Shown here: positions 19,916-29,384 of the stretch, piece by piece | How the letters are laid out: each line of letters opens with the position of its first letter | How positions within the stretch are numbered: position 1 is the first letter of the stretch | Assembly (NCBI GenBank): GCA_965208105.1 | Contig: OZ242318.1 | Span: 2,016,001 to 2,080,000 of the forward strand | Source: Candidatus Latescibacterota bacterium | GTDB lineage: Bacteria > Latescibacterota > UBA2968 > UBA8231 | Direction of reading: 5' to 3' | Length of the DNA: 64,000 nucleotides | Position numbers and translations under genes: made by a program | The notes under the pieces: model-generated | What the model was told of the DNA's origin: nothing | Databases searched by the model: none | What the model saw: the letters and a program-made list of their open reading frames with translations, nothing else

Positions 19916-20596
19916 TCAAGAAGACATACCCTCGAGGTGATCAAATAGATCGTCGATGCAGTCGACCGAAGCCAGCTTAGGGGCAGTCTCCCATGCAATG
20001 TCCCGAGATGCATACCATTTGGCTTGCACCGGCCGCATGCCCACAGCCGCAGCACCTTGCAATTCATCAAACCCACCGTCGCCCACAAAAACGCCCTCTT
20101 TTGGTCTGAATTGGAGGCGCTCGCACGCTAGATGATATATCTCGGCTTCGGGCTTCATGGTATTCACTTGGCACGAGAAAACATGATCATCGACAACATC
20201 CCGCAGGGGGCACTCTGGCCAACAGACGATCTCGTCAGGTGTCGCATTACTCAGGATTCCGACCCGCCAACCGCTAGCCCGAAGCCGTGACAGCAAGCGT
20301 ATCGTCTTGGGCTCGACCTCAAGCAAATAGTCTCGCTTACGTGACTCCCTATCCTTGCTGAGTTCATCTAAGGTTGCGGCATCCACTGAAGTGCATAGTG
20401 CCTCGCACAACGCTGATAAGGTTTCCCTATACGATGCAAACTTGCCGGTCATTCGGTCTCTGCTGCTAGTTCGCCACCATGCCCTGACGTCTTCCAACTC
20501 CAAACCGAGCCGATCAGCAAACGACTGCTGCGTCGGACGATCCGGATACTGCTGTGTTACGAGCGTTTCGAAGAGATCGAATAGAGCCGCTTTCAC
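19916..20596 (-). CDS. HAD-superfamily hydrolase, cassette
   Basis: FDLFETL, LSN, KPEAEIY, FVGD motifs. Confidence 0.9.
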   Translation of the reverse strand: MKAALFDLFETLVTQQYPDRPTQQSFADRLGLELEDVRAWWRTSSRDRMTGKFASYRETLSALCEALCTSVDAATLDELSKDRESRKRDYLLEVEPKTIRLLSRLRASGWRVGILSNATPDEIVCWPECPLRDVVDDHVFSCQVNTMKPEAEIYHLACERLQFRPKEGVFVGDGGFDELQGAAAVGMRPVQAKWYASRDIAWETAPKLASVDCIDDLFDHLEGMSS

Positions 20597-20653
20597 AAGG
20601 TCTCTAATTCACATGGCTGGAGCCATCAAATCGAGGGTCTCCCAACCCAATGT

Positions 20654-20752
20654 CGGCTAACGTTCCGCCGGTTTGCGAAGCCCGAGCTTGTCGAGGGGTT
20701 GCCGAAGGCCGGGCGCCAAAGGCGCCGCAGCGCAACACCGCGCTGTTACCTG
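20654..20752 (-). repeat. attC-like site 25
   Basis: cggctaac...gttacctg. Confidence 0.87.
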
Positions 20753-20773
20753 AAAGTGGAACACGAATCCGAA

Positions 20774-21307
20774 CTATCCATCTGCAGTGTCTTTTGTCAA
20801 GTAAACGTAAAGTTCCTCGTCGCGTTGAGGCTGGCCATCTGCATCATAGTACGTGTAACCTGAAAGAAATTCTCCGTATCCAGCATCTTGGTAACCAAGT
20901 CTCCTATATAGTTCACGTGCCACATCCTGGCTTGGATTGTGTGCTGTGACCTCAAGACCGACGAGTTTCACGCCCCTGTTTCGAACAAGGTTTTCAGCCG
21001 ACTCCATTAGCAATCTGCCAAACCCCTTTCCGCGAGCGTCTTCCGAAACCGTGAGGTCGCCAATCTCCGCACAGCCAAGTTCACCTGCCTGATATGTCCG
21101 GTCGCAGCGCCCACCCGGCCATCGTACAAGGACGTATCCAATTGGAATGCAATCATCCCACGCAACAAGGAAGGATAGCTCACCGGACCTCTGCCATCCG
21201 AAATACTTGATATGACGATTGCCAGGTGTACCAGGTTTCTCAGGAAAAGCCGCGACTAAGTGAGGTATGTCGGCTTCTTCTGCAACTCGAACCATTGACG
21301 TTTTCAT
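20774..21307 (-). CDS. GNAT acetyltransferase, cassette
   Basis: DLTVSEDARGKGFGRLLM, ARELYRRLGY. Confidence 0.9.
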   Translation of the reverse strand: MKTSMVRVAEEADIPHLVAAFPEKPGTPGNRHIKYFGWQRSGELSFLVAWDDCIPIGYVLVRWPGGRCDRTYQAGELGCAEIGDLTVSEDARGKGFGRLLMESAENLVRNRGVKLVGLEVTAHNPSQDVARELYRRLGYQDAGYGEFLSGYTYYDADGQPQRDEELYVYLTKDTADG

Positions 21308-21313
21308 CCATTT

Positions 21314-21398
21314 CAGGTAACGATATCGCCGTGCCCGAACCGCGAATGCGGTTGCGTAAAGGGCGTAACCCCGAAGCCGGGCACGGACGTGTTAGCCG
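21314..21398 (-). repeat. attC-like site 26
   Basis: caggtaac...gttagccg; interior identical to site 38. Confidence 0.9.
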
Positions 21399-22084
21399 TT
21401 GGGCCCCGCTTTAGAGGACAACCATTGAGCCAGAATCTCGGCGACACTGCTCATTGCCATCTGAAGATTTGTCTTGAAATCATCAGGTGCGGATTCGTCG
21501 GCATCGTCCGTGACTCCTCTCATCTCAAGGTACGGGACTTCGCTGAACCTGCACGCGCGCGCCCCGCCGGCGCCCTCCCAGGCGACAACCAGAGCTTGAG
21601 TCCGCTCACGAACCTGCACTCTCCGACTGGGTTCGACGATGTCCTCATCACCGCTTGCGATTACACCGAAGTGGACTTCGTGGCCCTCCACAGCCGCCGG
21701 CATCCCACGCAAACTCTGGAGCGCTGTCGGATCACCCTCGAATGAGGGCACCGGACTGTCGTTGAACCTGTTGATGTAATCGTGCTCAACCGTTCGGGTG
21801 CCGACCACCACATCCCCGACGCGCAGTCCATCCGCCAGCCCCCCAGCGGCACCTGTGCAAATCACGAGGTCCCAACCTGATCCCGCATCCAGAAGATGCT
21901 GCAGCTGAACTCCGAACTGAGCCTTGCCTGTGCCACCCACCGCAAGAGTGAGTCCGAGGTCGGGGAACTGGGTGACAGGCAGCCGCCCTATGGTCTTAGC
22001 TCGTTGATCATGCCCGGCCGCCACGAGATCGTCGCGAATGGCTTCCAGCTCTTCTAGCATTGGTGCTACAGCGGCCACTTGCAT
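21392..22084 (-). CDS. MTA/SAH nucleosidase (PNP_UDP_1) family protein, cassette copy 1
   Basis: PMLEEL, GGTGKA, TGAAGG, GDVVVG, IASGD, RGVTD. Confidence 0.88.
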   Translation of the reverse strand: MQVAAVAPMLEELEAIRDDLVAAGHDQRAKTIGRLPVTQFPDLGLTLAVGGTGKAQFGVQLQHLLDAGSGWDLVICTGAAGGLADGLRVGDVVVGTRTVEHDYINRFNDSPVPSFEGDPTALQSLRGMPAAVEGHEVHFGVIASGDEDIVEPSRRVQVRERTQALVVAWEGAGGARACRFSEVPYLEMRGVTDDADESAPDDFKTNLQMAMSSVAEILAQWLSSKAGPNG

Positions 22085-22132
22085 CTAATTCACATCCCAA
22101 GTGTCCCTTTGTGCTTCCCTTAGGGGGCCTTA

Positions 22133-22216
22133 CGGCTAAAGTTTTCGTGCCCCCGAGCCGCGCTGGGGTTGGGCGAAAGGCCGAATGGCCTGAAGCCGGG
22201 GGCAGGGTGTTATAGG
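22133..22216 (-). repeat. attC-like site 27 (core TAAC>TAAA)
   Basis: cggctaaa...gttatagg; paralogous to site 34. Confidence 0.83.
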
Positions 22217-22250
22217 CCGTGACAGCCTGCAAACAATCAATTAGGAGCGG

Positions 22251-23051
22251 CTATAGCACCTGTATTTTCGATGCAAATCTCTGAAATCGATCAAGTGTTA
22301 TATTCGCCCAACCGACAACAGTCTCAGAGGGTTGCTCAGTTTGCAATTCATTTAGCGCAGAGACTTCGAAATATGAACCATAGATAGCGCCGCAGATATA
22401 ATAATCGCGCACGGGATCTGTAGACTCAACCGAAAGCCTACCCATGTAGGATTCGATCAGCGATTCTATGTTCAAAAGTTTTGGATACGGCGTAACTTGC
22501 GCTCCGGTCCGGAGGACCAGATCGGCAAACGGAGAACTCAACCAGGATAGGCCCAAGTCGAACGCGACGATCTTCTTGCCTAACATGCCTAGATTGGAAT
22601 TGGCCGGATCACCATGCGAGACGCAGGTGCACCGGCTTGCAACCATTTTCTGAAACTCACGGAATATGTACGAGGCAGAGGGTAAGGCACCGAAGTCACT
22701 GCGATAAAGCCGCGAATTAGGGTCCCCCGCTTCGGCAACGAGCTGCGACATGACCGTCCAGTATGATGAAAAGTAGCCAAGATTGCACGGCGGATACTCT
22801 ACCACGCTAACAGAATTGAACTCCACGACCCAATGGAGAACGCGTTCGAAACCAGCTATTTCGGACGTGTCAAACGGCAAGGGCGCGGCCTTTTCCAGGA
22901 CTATCTTCCGCCTACAGCCGTCTTCAATCACGTCAAGCAACTGCACAACGGGCGCACCCGCATCGTTGAGGGCTTTATACTTCTCGACCTCTGAAAACCC
23001 GGGTCTCTCTGGCTTGATCACGTAGGTGCCACAGTCTTGAACCTGAGACAT
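22251..23051 (-). CDS. APH-like phosphotransferase, cassette copy 1
   Basis: VSHGDPANSN, IVAFDLG...PFADL. Confidence 0.7.
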   Translation of the reverse strand: MSQVQDCGTYVIKPERPGFSEVEKYKALNDAGAPVVQLLDVIEDGCRRKIVLEKAAPLPFDTSEIAGFERVLHWVVEFNSVSVVEYPPCNLGYFSSYWTVMSQLVAEAGDPNSRLYRSDFGALPSASYIFREFQKMVASRCTCVSHGDPANSNLGMLGKKIVAFDLGLSWLSSPFADLVLRTGAQVTPYPKLLNIESLIESYMGRLSVESTDPVRDYYICGAIYGSYFEVSALNELQTEQPSETVVGWANITLDRFQRFASKIQVL

Positions 23052-23086
23052 TTGATCGGCTTAGTACACAGCGTCATCTGGTATGG

Positions 23087-23170
23087 CCTATAACGTTTCC
23101 GTGCCCCCGAACCGCGCAGCGGTTGGGCGAAGGGTCGAACGGCCCGGAGCCGGGGGCACGGTGTTATAGG
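23087..23170 (-). repeat. attC-like site 28
   Basis: cctataac...gtgcccccg/cgggggcac...gttatagg. Confidence 0.9.
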
Positions 23171-23215
23171 ATGTGCCAGCCGAGCTTGGAGTACACACGG
23201 CTCTGAGTTCCACCA

Positions 23216-24181
23216 TCACGCTTCAACCGCTTCCGCGATAAAATGGGTGTATGCGTCGCGGTAATCAGGCTGCCATTCTGTCAGATCTGATCCCCATTGA
23301 CGAGCAGCCATCCAACCAAGAGCAATCTTCCCTGCAGTAACCAAGTCGGGCCCTTCAAGGCTTCTAAGTCCTGCCTCGCTGCGCTTGACGGCCATTCTGT
23401 GAATGAGATCTCGATGCCCCGGCCGACCGCTCTCGCCCGAATTGAGAACCTGAAGATAAGCTGGATCCAGAATCCAGGACTGACGCTTTGGGTGAATATC
23501 AATTAGAACCACACGCTCTCCATCCGGAGGCGGATCTCTCACCAAGCCGTTGCAGAGGTGGAAGTCATCGAAGCAAATGTCAGATCCGCACTTCTCTAGG
23601 AGAAAGCGCCAATGGAGGTCGACTTTTTGTAGAAGTTTATCAACGGATCCCGGAGGGTTCCGGTCAATCGATCCCTGAAGCCAACGGGAAACTTCCATCG
23701 GAGTTGTCTCATTCAAACTGGGGTCTTGTATTTTTTCTGCCTGTTGGTAGAAGCGAATTCCCGCGTCAAGCAGCAATTCGAACTCCCTGCCGTTCCAGGC
23801 ACTCCCCAAAGGTCCAAATGGAATGGCTTCCAAAGCGAGCCAATGCACATCAATTCTTCCCAGCCGAGATCCTGAAGCGTAGACCTTGGGCACTAGGTCA
23901 GGTGCAAAGCGATTGAGTTCATTACACCAGAAATTTTCTCGTGTACTGGTACCAACTTTGATAATCACTACGAGGCCTGTCTTTCGATGTAGACCTCGGA
24001 GATGAACAGCGACCATTCCATACTCTTGAAGGAAAGGCTGGATATCGCTAGCGATCGCAGTGATTGCTTCTGTTTGGTTGGCGGCTTTGAGAATCTCACC
24101 CAAGACCGCGCCTGATCGGGATACCCGGCCGTCGCCTTCAAAGATTTTCACGTCTGCACTCCTCTTGGATCTGGCTGGCAT
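23216..24181 (-). CDS. Hypothetical kinase-like (APH-fold?) protein, cassette
   Basis: VIIKVG, VPKVYASG, WLALE, FDDFHLCN, VLID; start uncertain. Confidence 0.55.
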   Translation of the reverse strand: MPARSKRSADVKIFEGDGRVSRSGAVLGEILKAANQTEAITAIASDIQPFLQEYGMVAVHLRGLHRKTGLVVIIKVGTSTRENFWCNELNRFAPDLVPKVYASGSRLGRIDVHWLALEAIPFGPLGSAWNGREFELLLDAGIRFYQQAEKIQDPSLNETTPMEVSRWLQGSIDRNPPGSVDKLLQKVDLHWRFLLEKCGSDICFDDFHLCNGLVRDPPPDGERVVLIDIHPKRQSWILDPAYLQVLNSGESGRPGHRDLIHRMAVKRSEAGLRSLEGPDLVTAGKIALGWMAARQWGSDLTEWQPDYRDAYTHFIAEAVEA

Positions 24182-24183
24182 TT

Positions 24184-24276
24184 CCTATAACGTTACGCCG
24201 ATTGCCGAACCTGCGAAGCAGGTTGCCAGATGCCAAGGCGCGACGAGCGCCGCAGGGGAAAACGAGTTGTTATGCG
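24184..24276 (-). repeat. attC-like site 29
   Basis: cctataac...gttatgcg. Confidence 0.82.
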
Positions 24277-24287
24277 ATCGGCACTCG

Positions 24288-25373
24288 TCAAGAAGATCGA
24301 AATGGTCCTCCATATCTGACCAAAACGTGCCACAAGTATTTCAGGAGTCCGCGCACTTTCCGAGGATCACCCCAGTTGCTCCACTCAGAAGGATTTCTCC
24401 CCAGGTCCATTGCCGCAGATCCAATCACTCTTGGATCCACGCGGCCATCAATGGCCACGTGTGTGGCAAATGGCGGCATCACGGGACCCCTGAAATCGCT
24501 TGGCACCTCATCAGCTGGCAACGTGAAACCCATGTGCCAGAAACAATCGATGGAATACTCGGAACACACTTCCTCGAGAACTTCGCCGATATGTGTATTC
24601 TTGAAAGAAGGATCAACAACCATTATGTCGGCATCGGTGCGCAGACAAACGTCACCGTGAACCTGTGCCTCGATGTAGTGATTCAAATTGCGGTTGGCCT
24701 CTCGTCCAGATGGATCCTTGAAAGGTTGCTCAAGTTCAGTGAATAGATGCTCGACAAGCCTCCCAGTAGTCAGGTTCCGTTCACCTATCGCAAAATCGCT
24801 GAAGAACGCGTCTTTCATCATGGCGGCAAGTATGCCGTCGAAAGCCTTGTACGTACCATTGGAGCCCGAGTGCGATGAATCCAAGTACGTAAACGTCGTC
24901 CGAGTTGAGACCTCCGGTTTTAAGAGCAGAAAGCAGCATCCAAACCGAGGTGAAGGTCCGTCAGGATGCAACATTAGATCGAGCGCCCCGTACTTGGGCC
25001 GTTCCTCGTCGGAGGTTTCGTTATTGTGATACGCACCACCGAAGAGCCTATCTTCCCACCTGTCGCGCTCACCACCGGAATAAGCAGTTTCGCCACCGCT
25101 CGACATTTTGGTCACGAACTGGTTTCGATAGATTCCCTGTTCTAGCAACGCCTGGGCTACTGGTTTCAGGTCTGGATCTGGTCTGTCCGGATGGAAGTGC
25201 AACCCGACTCGGGCGTGAGACTTGAGCTTGGCGACAGTCTGGTCGAATCGTTCCGGGGCAATATCCGATTGGTAAAGGATGTCGGACAGCCATTTCAGCG
25301 CCCAGTCTCTTTGCTCTCGCCCACAGTGGGTGAAATGATCTAGAGCGGCTAATTGCGATTTTGTCAGATTCAT
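24288..25373 (-). CDS. DUF3626-family protein, cassette
   Basis: LHFHPDR, YRNQF.T..S.G, ERPKYGALD, SPRFG, YIEAQVHG. Confidence 0.8.
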   Translation of the reverse strand: MNLTKSQLAALDHFTHCGREQRDWALKWLSDILYQSDIAPERFDQTVAKLKSHARVGLHFHPDRPDPDLKPVAQALLEQGIYRNQFVTKMSSGGETAYSGGERDRWEDRLFGGAYHNNETSDEERPKYGALDLMLHPDGPSPRFGCCFLLLKPEVSTRTTFTYLDSSHSGSNGTYKAFDGILAAMMKDAFFSDFAIGERNLTTGRLVEHLFTELEQPFKDPSGREANRNLNHYIEAQVHGDVCLRTDADIMVVDPSFKNTHIGEVLEEVCSEYSIDCFWHMGFTLPADEVPSDFRGPVMPPFATHVAIDGRVDPRVIGSAAMDLGRNPSEWSNWGDPRKVRGLLKYLWHVLVRYGGPFRSS

Positions 25374-25413
25374 AGAACAATCGGTGCGGGCACTATTCAG
25401 ACTTGAACTTACC

Positions 25414-26573
25414 TAGTGCTCTGTTAAGGATTCAGGCTTGTACTTTTTCGTACATGTTGGTATCATGGGGACATATGTCCATTTTTCTGGGAGGGTCCTG
25501 CCATGTGCCTCCATGCTCGAACACCGGATGCTGCCGAATCGAAAGAACTGGGCCGATGGCTGAAGCGGCCACGCAATGCCGTACAGATGCGACGAGGGCA
25601 ATTGATCTCCCTCAGTGCCCAGGGTATGCGGGTCCAGGAGCTGTCGGCGACGCTGCATCTGCACGAGGAATACATCCGCTCCCTGGTCCGACGATACAAC
25701 GAGGAAGGGCTGGCGTCGCTTCGCACGCGAGCCCACCCGGGGCGCACCCCAGCGCTGACGCCCGAAGACGAGTCCGTGGTGGTGGAGATCGCCAAGATGC
25801 CCCCTCGGGCTTTCGGCCAACCCTTCAACCAGTGGTCGCTGCGCAAGCTGACCGACTGTCTGGTCGGGCGCAAGATGATCCCCAAGGTCTCGCACGTGAC
25901 CATCGCCAAGGTCTTGGACCGGCATAAGGTCACCTACCAACGTACCCGCACCTGGAAGGAGTCGAAGGATCCGGATTTCTCCTCGAAAAAAAACGCATCG
26001 ACCGCCTCTACCGGCGTGCGCCGAAGGACTCGGTCGTAGTCTGCTTCGACGAAATGGGGCCCGTGCAGATCAAGCCCCATGCCGGCTCCTCCTGGGCGCC
26101 GCAGAAGCACCCGGTGCGGCACCGAGCCACCTACACCCGGCACGCCGGGGTCAGCTATTTCTTCGGCGCCTACAACGTCCACGAGGACGTCCTGTGGATG
26201 CATCACAAGCGAAAGAAGCACGCCTCGGAGGTGCTCACTTTCCTCAAGGCCATCCGGCACCGCTACCGCAAGGCCCAACGCATCTACCTCGTTCTGGACA
26301 ATTTGTCGACGCACGCGACCCCAAAGATTCGGCAATGGTGTCGGCAGCATCGAGTCTCCCTCGTCTTCACCGCTACCAACGCCTCCTGGATGAACCGTCT
26401 CGAATGCCATCTGACCGCCGCCCACTACTTCGTCATCAAGAACAGCGACCCAAGGGACCATCGAGACATCGGCCAGCGCATGCAGGAATACCTCGTATGG
26501 AGAAATCGAAACCAGGACGATGCCAAGCTCGCCAAAATACAAAATTCAATGCCCACTCTTTAACAGCGCACTA
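25414..26573 (+). mobile_element. IS630-family insertion sequence inside the 5' region of the DUF3626 cassette
   Basis: TIRs (TA)GTGCTCTGTTAA / TTAACAGCGCAC(TA); CTAG target with TA duplication. Confidence 0.9.
25503..26563 (+). CDS. IS630 transposase with probable programmed -1 frameshift at A8 (25986-25993)
   Basis: HTH ORF 25503.. joins the -1 frame ...VCFDEMG...VLDNLSTH...WMNRLE (DDE triad). Confidence 0.88.
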
Positions 26574-26582
26574 GTGCCCGTT

Positions 26583-26666
26583 CGCATAACGTTTCCGCCG
26601 TGCCCGAACCGCGCAAGCGGTTGCGCGAAGGGCGTAGCCCGAAGCCGGGCACGGACGTGTTATCTG
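26583..26666 (-). repeat. attC-like site 30
   Basis: cgcataac...gttatctg. Confidence 0.9.
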
Positions 26667-26711
26667 ACGTGCGATTCACTGCGTAGTCCACCAGGAACTT
26701 CGAGCGTGCGT

Positions 26712-27542
26712 CTATTTGGTGACCACCCAGTAGGTGTCGGTCTCGTTTTGAGATCCTATGTACGGTCCACAGTCGTGGCTCCCGTAGAGCTCCCAACGCT
26801 CAAATCCAGCTAGGCGCAGCGGCAACTGGAACTCTGCCGGATAGATCCATCGTGCCTGCATCGGTACTTTCGACGTTTCCCCACTGTGCCTGAAGGTCCA
26901 CGTATAGCTTTCTCTTTGAGATGCAAGATCGCAGCTCTTGGCGTAGCTAACCTCGATCTCTTTACCTGTCTCGGGATGAATGAATACACCGAATTCCTCC
27001 TCAGGAGGAGTGGAATCCAGGTGGAGGAGCAAGTCGCCGGTGTAAGAAGGAACGTAGAAATTCAACAACAAGCGTCCTCCAGGATGCAGACAATTGTAGA
27101 CTCTGCTCAGGCACGCGATTTGGATCGCCCGCGTCGATAGCATCATGATGGAACTGGCAGGGATCAGCACTGTTCTAAACCGGTTATCGTAGGTGAAGTC
27201 CCCGAGGTCCTGATGGGAAATTCGCGTGGCGATGTCCGCGATGCCCAGATCGATTCCTTTACCTATGAGCACGTCCAACATGGGCAAAGAAGAATCAAAC
27301 CCGAAAACATCAAATCCGTCCGCGAGCAGAGGCAGCATGATCGAGCCCGTTCCGCAAGCCGCCTCCAAAGTAGCACCTTGCGTGTCATGCAGCTGACCTC
27401 GGTAAAACGCCAATTCGTGTTGACGCTGTGCCGATCTTCCACCGCTCTCACTCCACTGGTCGTAGATCAGCGACCACCACAGGCTGTTATAGCCAATTTC
27501 GTTCTCCTGCAAGGCGGTTCCGATATTCGGTCGATCTAGCAT
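26712..27542 (-). CDS. Class I SAM-dependent methyltransferase, cassette
   Basis: LEAACGTG, GFDSS..ML, LHPGGRLLL. Confidence 0.88.
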   Translation of the reverse strand: MLDRPNIGTALQENEIGYNSLWWSLIYDQWSESGGRSAQRQHELAFYRGQLHDTQGATLEAACGTGSIMLPLLADGFDVFGFDSSLPMLDVLIGKGIDLGIADIATRISHQDLGDFTYDNRFRTVLIPASSIMMLSTRAIQIACLSRVYNCLHPGGRLLLNFYVPSYTGDLLLHLDSTPPEEEFGVFIHPETGKEIEVSYAKSCDLASQRESYTWTFRHSGETSKVPMQARWIYPAEFQLPLRLAGFERWELYGSHDCGPYIGSQNETDTYWVVTK

Positions 27543-27549
27543 CGCATGT

Positions 27550-27637
27550 CAGATAACGTTCTCGCCGTTGCCCGAACCGCGAATGCGGTTGCGCGAAGGC
27601 GCCTCAGCGCCGAAGCCGGGCACGGACGTGTTACCTG
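27550..27637 (-). repeat. attC-like site 31
   Basis: cagataac...gttacctg. Confidence 0.9.
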
Positions 27638-27681
27638 CCGTGGCCATCCTGCGCGGATGAAAATTCCTCGTAGCACCCGAT

Positions 27682-28479
27682 TCACACCTCTGGCTTAAAG
27701 CCTACGGCGCGACACCACGCAAAGGCCGCATAGGCATCGGGAGATACCGACCACTCCTCCCAGGCTTCGGTTATTGCTTTCAACTCGTCATCTGTTGCAA
27801 GTGCGTGTTCTTGCGCGTTCTGAACAAAGGCTCCGTCCTGGAAGTAGTGCACTTGTCTGGTCCCAAACGTCTTCACTTTGTCCTCAGTTCCATAGCAGAG
27901 ATACTTGGAAGTGACAGTCACATCTTTAAAACTCGCGCCATTCAATAGACCGCGAAGTTCGCGGCCGCAATATGGACCGCCTGTGCCTTTGAGAGTCCAG
28001 AGCTGCTCTCGAATTGAATAGCTGCGTCGAAGTAAGGACGAACGTGGTCCGCCGACGATGAAACCACCGTATTCCACGTCCGCGATTCCTAATACCCCAC
28101 CGGGTTTGAGGACGCGCTTCACCTCCAGGAGTGCGTCTTGTGGGCGATCCAGGGTCTCGACCACCGAGTGGCAGAGGCAGGCATCGAAGCTATTGTCTGC
28201 GAAATCGAGTCCGTAGACATCACCGACGCAAAAGTCAACGTTTCCAATCGCGTGGACGCGAGCATACGTTTCAGCATCTCCGAAACCATCATCACTATGA
28301 TCAACACCGACTACGCTACGCACCTTCTCGGCCACACCCAAAGCAATGCTTCCGCCACCGCATCCTACGTCCAGGACTTTGAACTCTGGTGCCAAGTGTG
28401 GAAACAGGAACTCGGCATAATCGTCCGCGTTCCGGCCGGCCATGTAGTCTTCAAAGCTCATGCCAGAGGTGTCTTCCAA
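27682..28479 (-). CDS. UbiE-like SAM methyltransferase, cassette copy 1
   Basis: VLDVGCGGG, FADNSFDA, RVLKPGG. Confidence 0.9.
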   Translation of the reverse strand: MEDTSGMSFEDYMAGRNADDYAEFLFPHLAPEFKVLDVGCGGGSIALGVAEKVRSVVGVDHSDDGFGDAETYARVHAIGNVDFCVGDVYGLDFADNSFDACLCHSVVETLDRPQDALLEVKRVLKPGGVLGIADVEYGGFIVGGPRSSLLRRSYSIREQLWTLKGTGGPYCGRELRGLLNGASFKDVTVTSKYLCYGTEDKVKTFGTRQVHYFQDGAFVQNAQEHALATDDELKAITEAWEEWSVSPDAYAAFAWCRAVGFKPEV

Positions 28480-28494
28480 TGCGGAAAGCCATGG

Positions 28495-28588
28495 CAGGTA
28501 ACGCTTTCCGGTTGCCGAACTCGCGAAGCGAGTTGCCGGAGGCCCAGACGCCCAGAGGGCGGCGCAGCGGCAAACGTGTTGTTACATG
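28495..28588 (-). repeat. attC-like site 32
   Basis: caggtaac...gttacatg. Confidence 0.87.
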
Positions 28589-28661
28589 AAGTGCAATCGT
28601 GGAGTGTGGCCAGGACGGCCACCTCCATTCCCCTGAGTTGCGAGGCCTGTGGCTGCAACAC

Positions 28662-28922
28662 TCAGGCCGCAGCAGTCTGCCTCACTTCCCATCCTGGAAA
28701 CACCAGAACTGCCGGATGGCACTGCAGTGCTTGAGCCAAAACTTTCGCACGTTCTACTCCCAGCTGCACCCGATCGTTCTCAATGGCAGAAATAGTGGAT
28801 TGAGGAATCCCAGTTCGGCGTGACAGCTCGTTCTGGCTCAATTCCTGCAGCTCTCTGACTATCCGTACTGACTCACCCACGGACACTTCAATCCGCTTCC
28901 TGGCTGGACGGTAGTTCTTCAT
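28662..28922 (-). CDS. XRE-family HTH antitoxin
   Basis: VRELQELSQNELSRRTGIPQSTISAIEN. Confidence 0.87.
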   Translation of the reverse strand: MKNYRPARKRIEVSVGESVRIVRELQELSQNELSRRTGIPQSTISAIENDRVQLGVERAKVLAQALQCHPAVLVFPGWEVRQTAAA

Positions 28923-28923
28923 T

Positions 28924-29205
28924 TCACTTTCTCCGATAATCGTGGACTGTAATATCCACTACCTTCACAAGGATCTCGCTTGCAACAACCTCATAAATGA
29001 CTCGAAAATGAAGACCAAGCCTCGATGATCTGTGGCCCTTCCATTCGCCCCGCAGGGCTTCGTCGTGAAACCCCTTGATGAGCCTCAGGCCAGCGGGGCC
29101 GGACACCGCAACGATGTCCTTCCACTTCTCGTAGCGTTTGAGAACCTCGTCAGGCATGGTTCGGAGTCTTTTCTCGACTCTCCGATGCTCAAGGAGGGTC
29201 CACAT
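28924..29205 (-). CDS. RelE/YafQ-like mRNA interferase toxin
   Basis: GFHDEALRGEWKGHRSSRL...RVIY...HDY; directly upstream of the HTH gene. Confidence 0.87.
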   Translation of the reverse strand: MWTLLEHRRVEKRLRTMPDEVLKRYEKWKDIVAVSGPAGLRLIKGFHDEALRGEWKGHRSSRLGLHFRVIYEVVASEILVKVVDITVHDYRRK

Positions 29206-29212
29206 ACCAGGT

Positions 29213-29240
29213 AAGATATATACTCATTTAGATATGTCAA
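29213..29240 (-). promoter_or_regulatory. sigma70-type promoter of the TA cassette (leaderless)
   Basis: TTGACA-16 bp-TATCTT, ATG 7 nt downstream. Confidence 0.65.
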
Positions 29241-29285
29241 CATGGGATCGGTTCATGGGCGGCCATGGATGGCCGACCTACATTT

Positions 29286-29384
29286 CATGTAACGTTCCGC
29301 CGGTTTGCGAAGCCCGAGCTTGTCGAGGGGTTGCCGAAGGCCGGGCGCCAAAGGCGGCGCAGCGCAACACCGCGCTGTTATACG
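29286..29384 (-). repeat. attC-like site 33
   Basis: catgtaac...gttatacg; near-identical to site 25. Confidence 0.88.
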
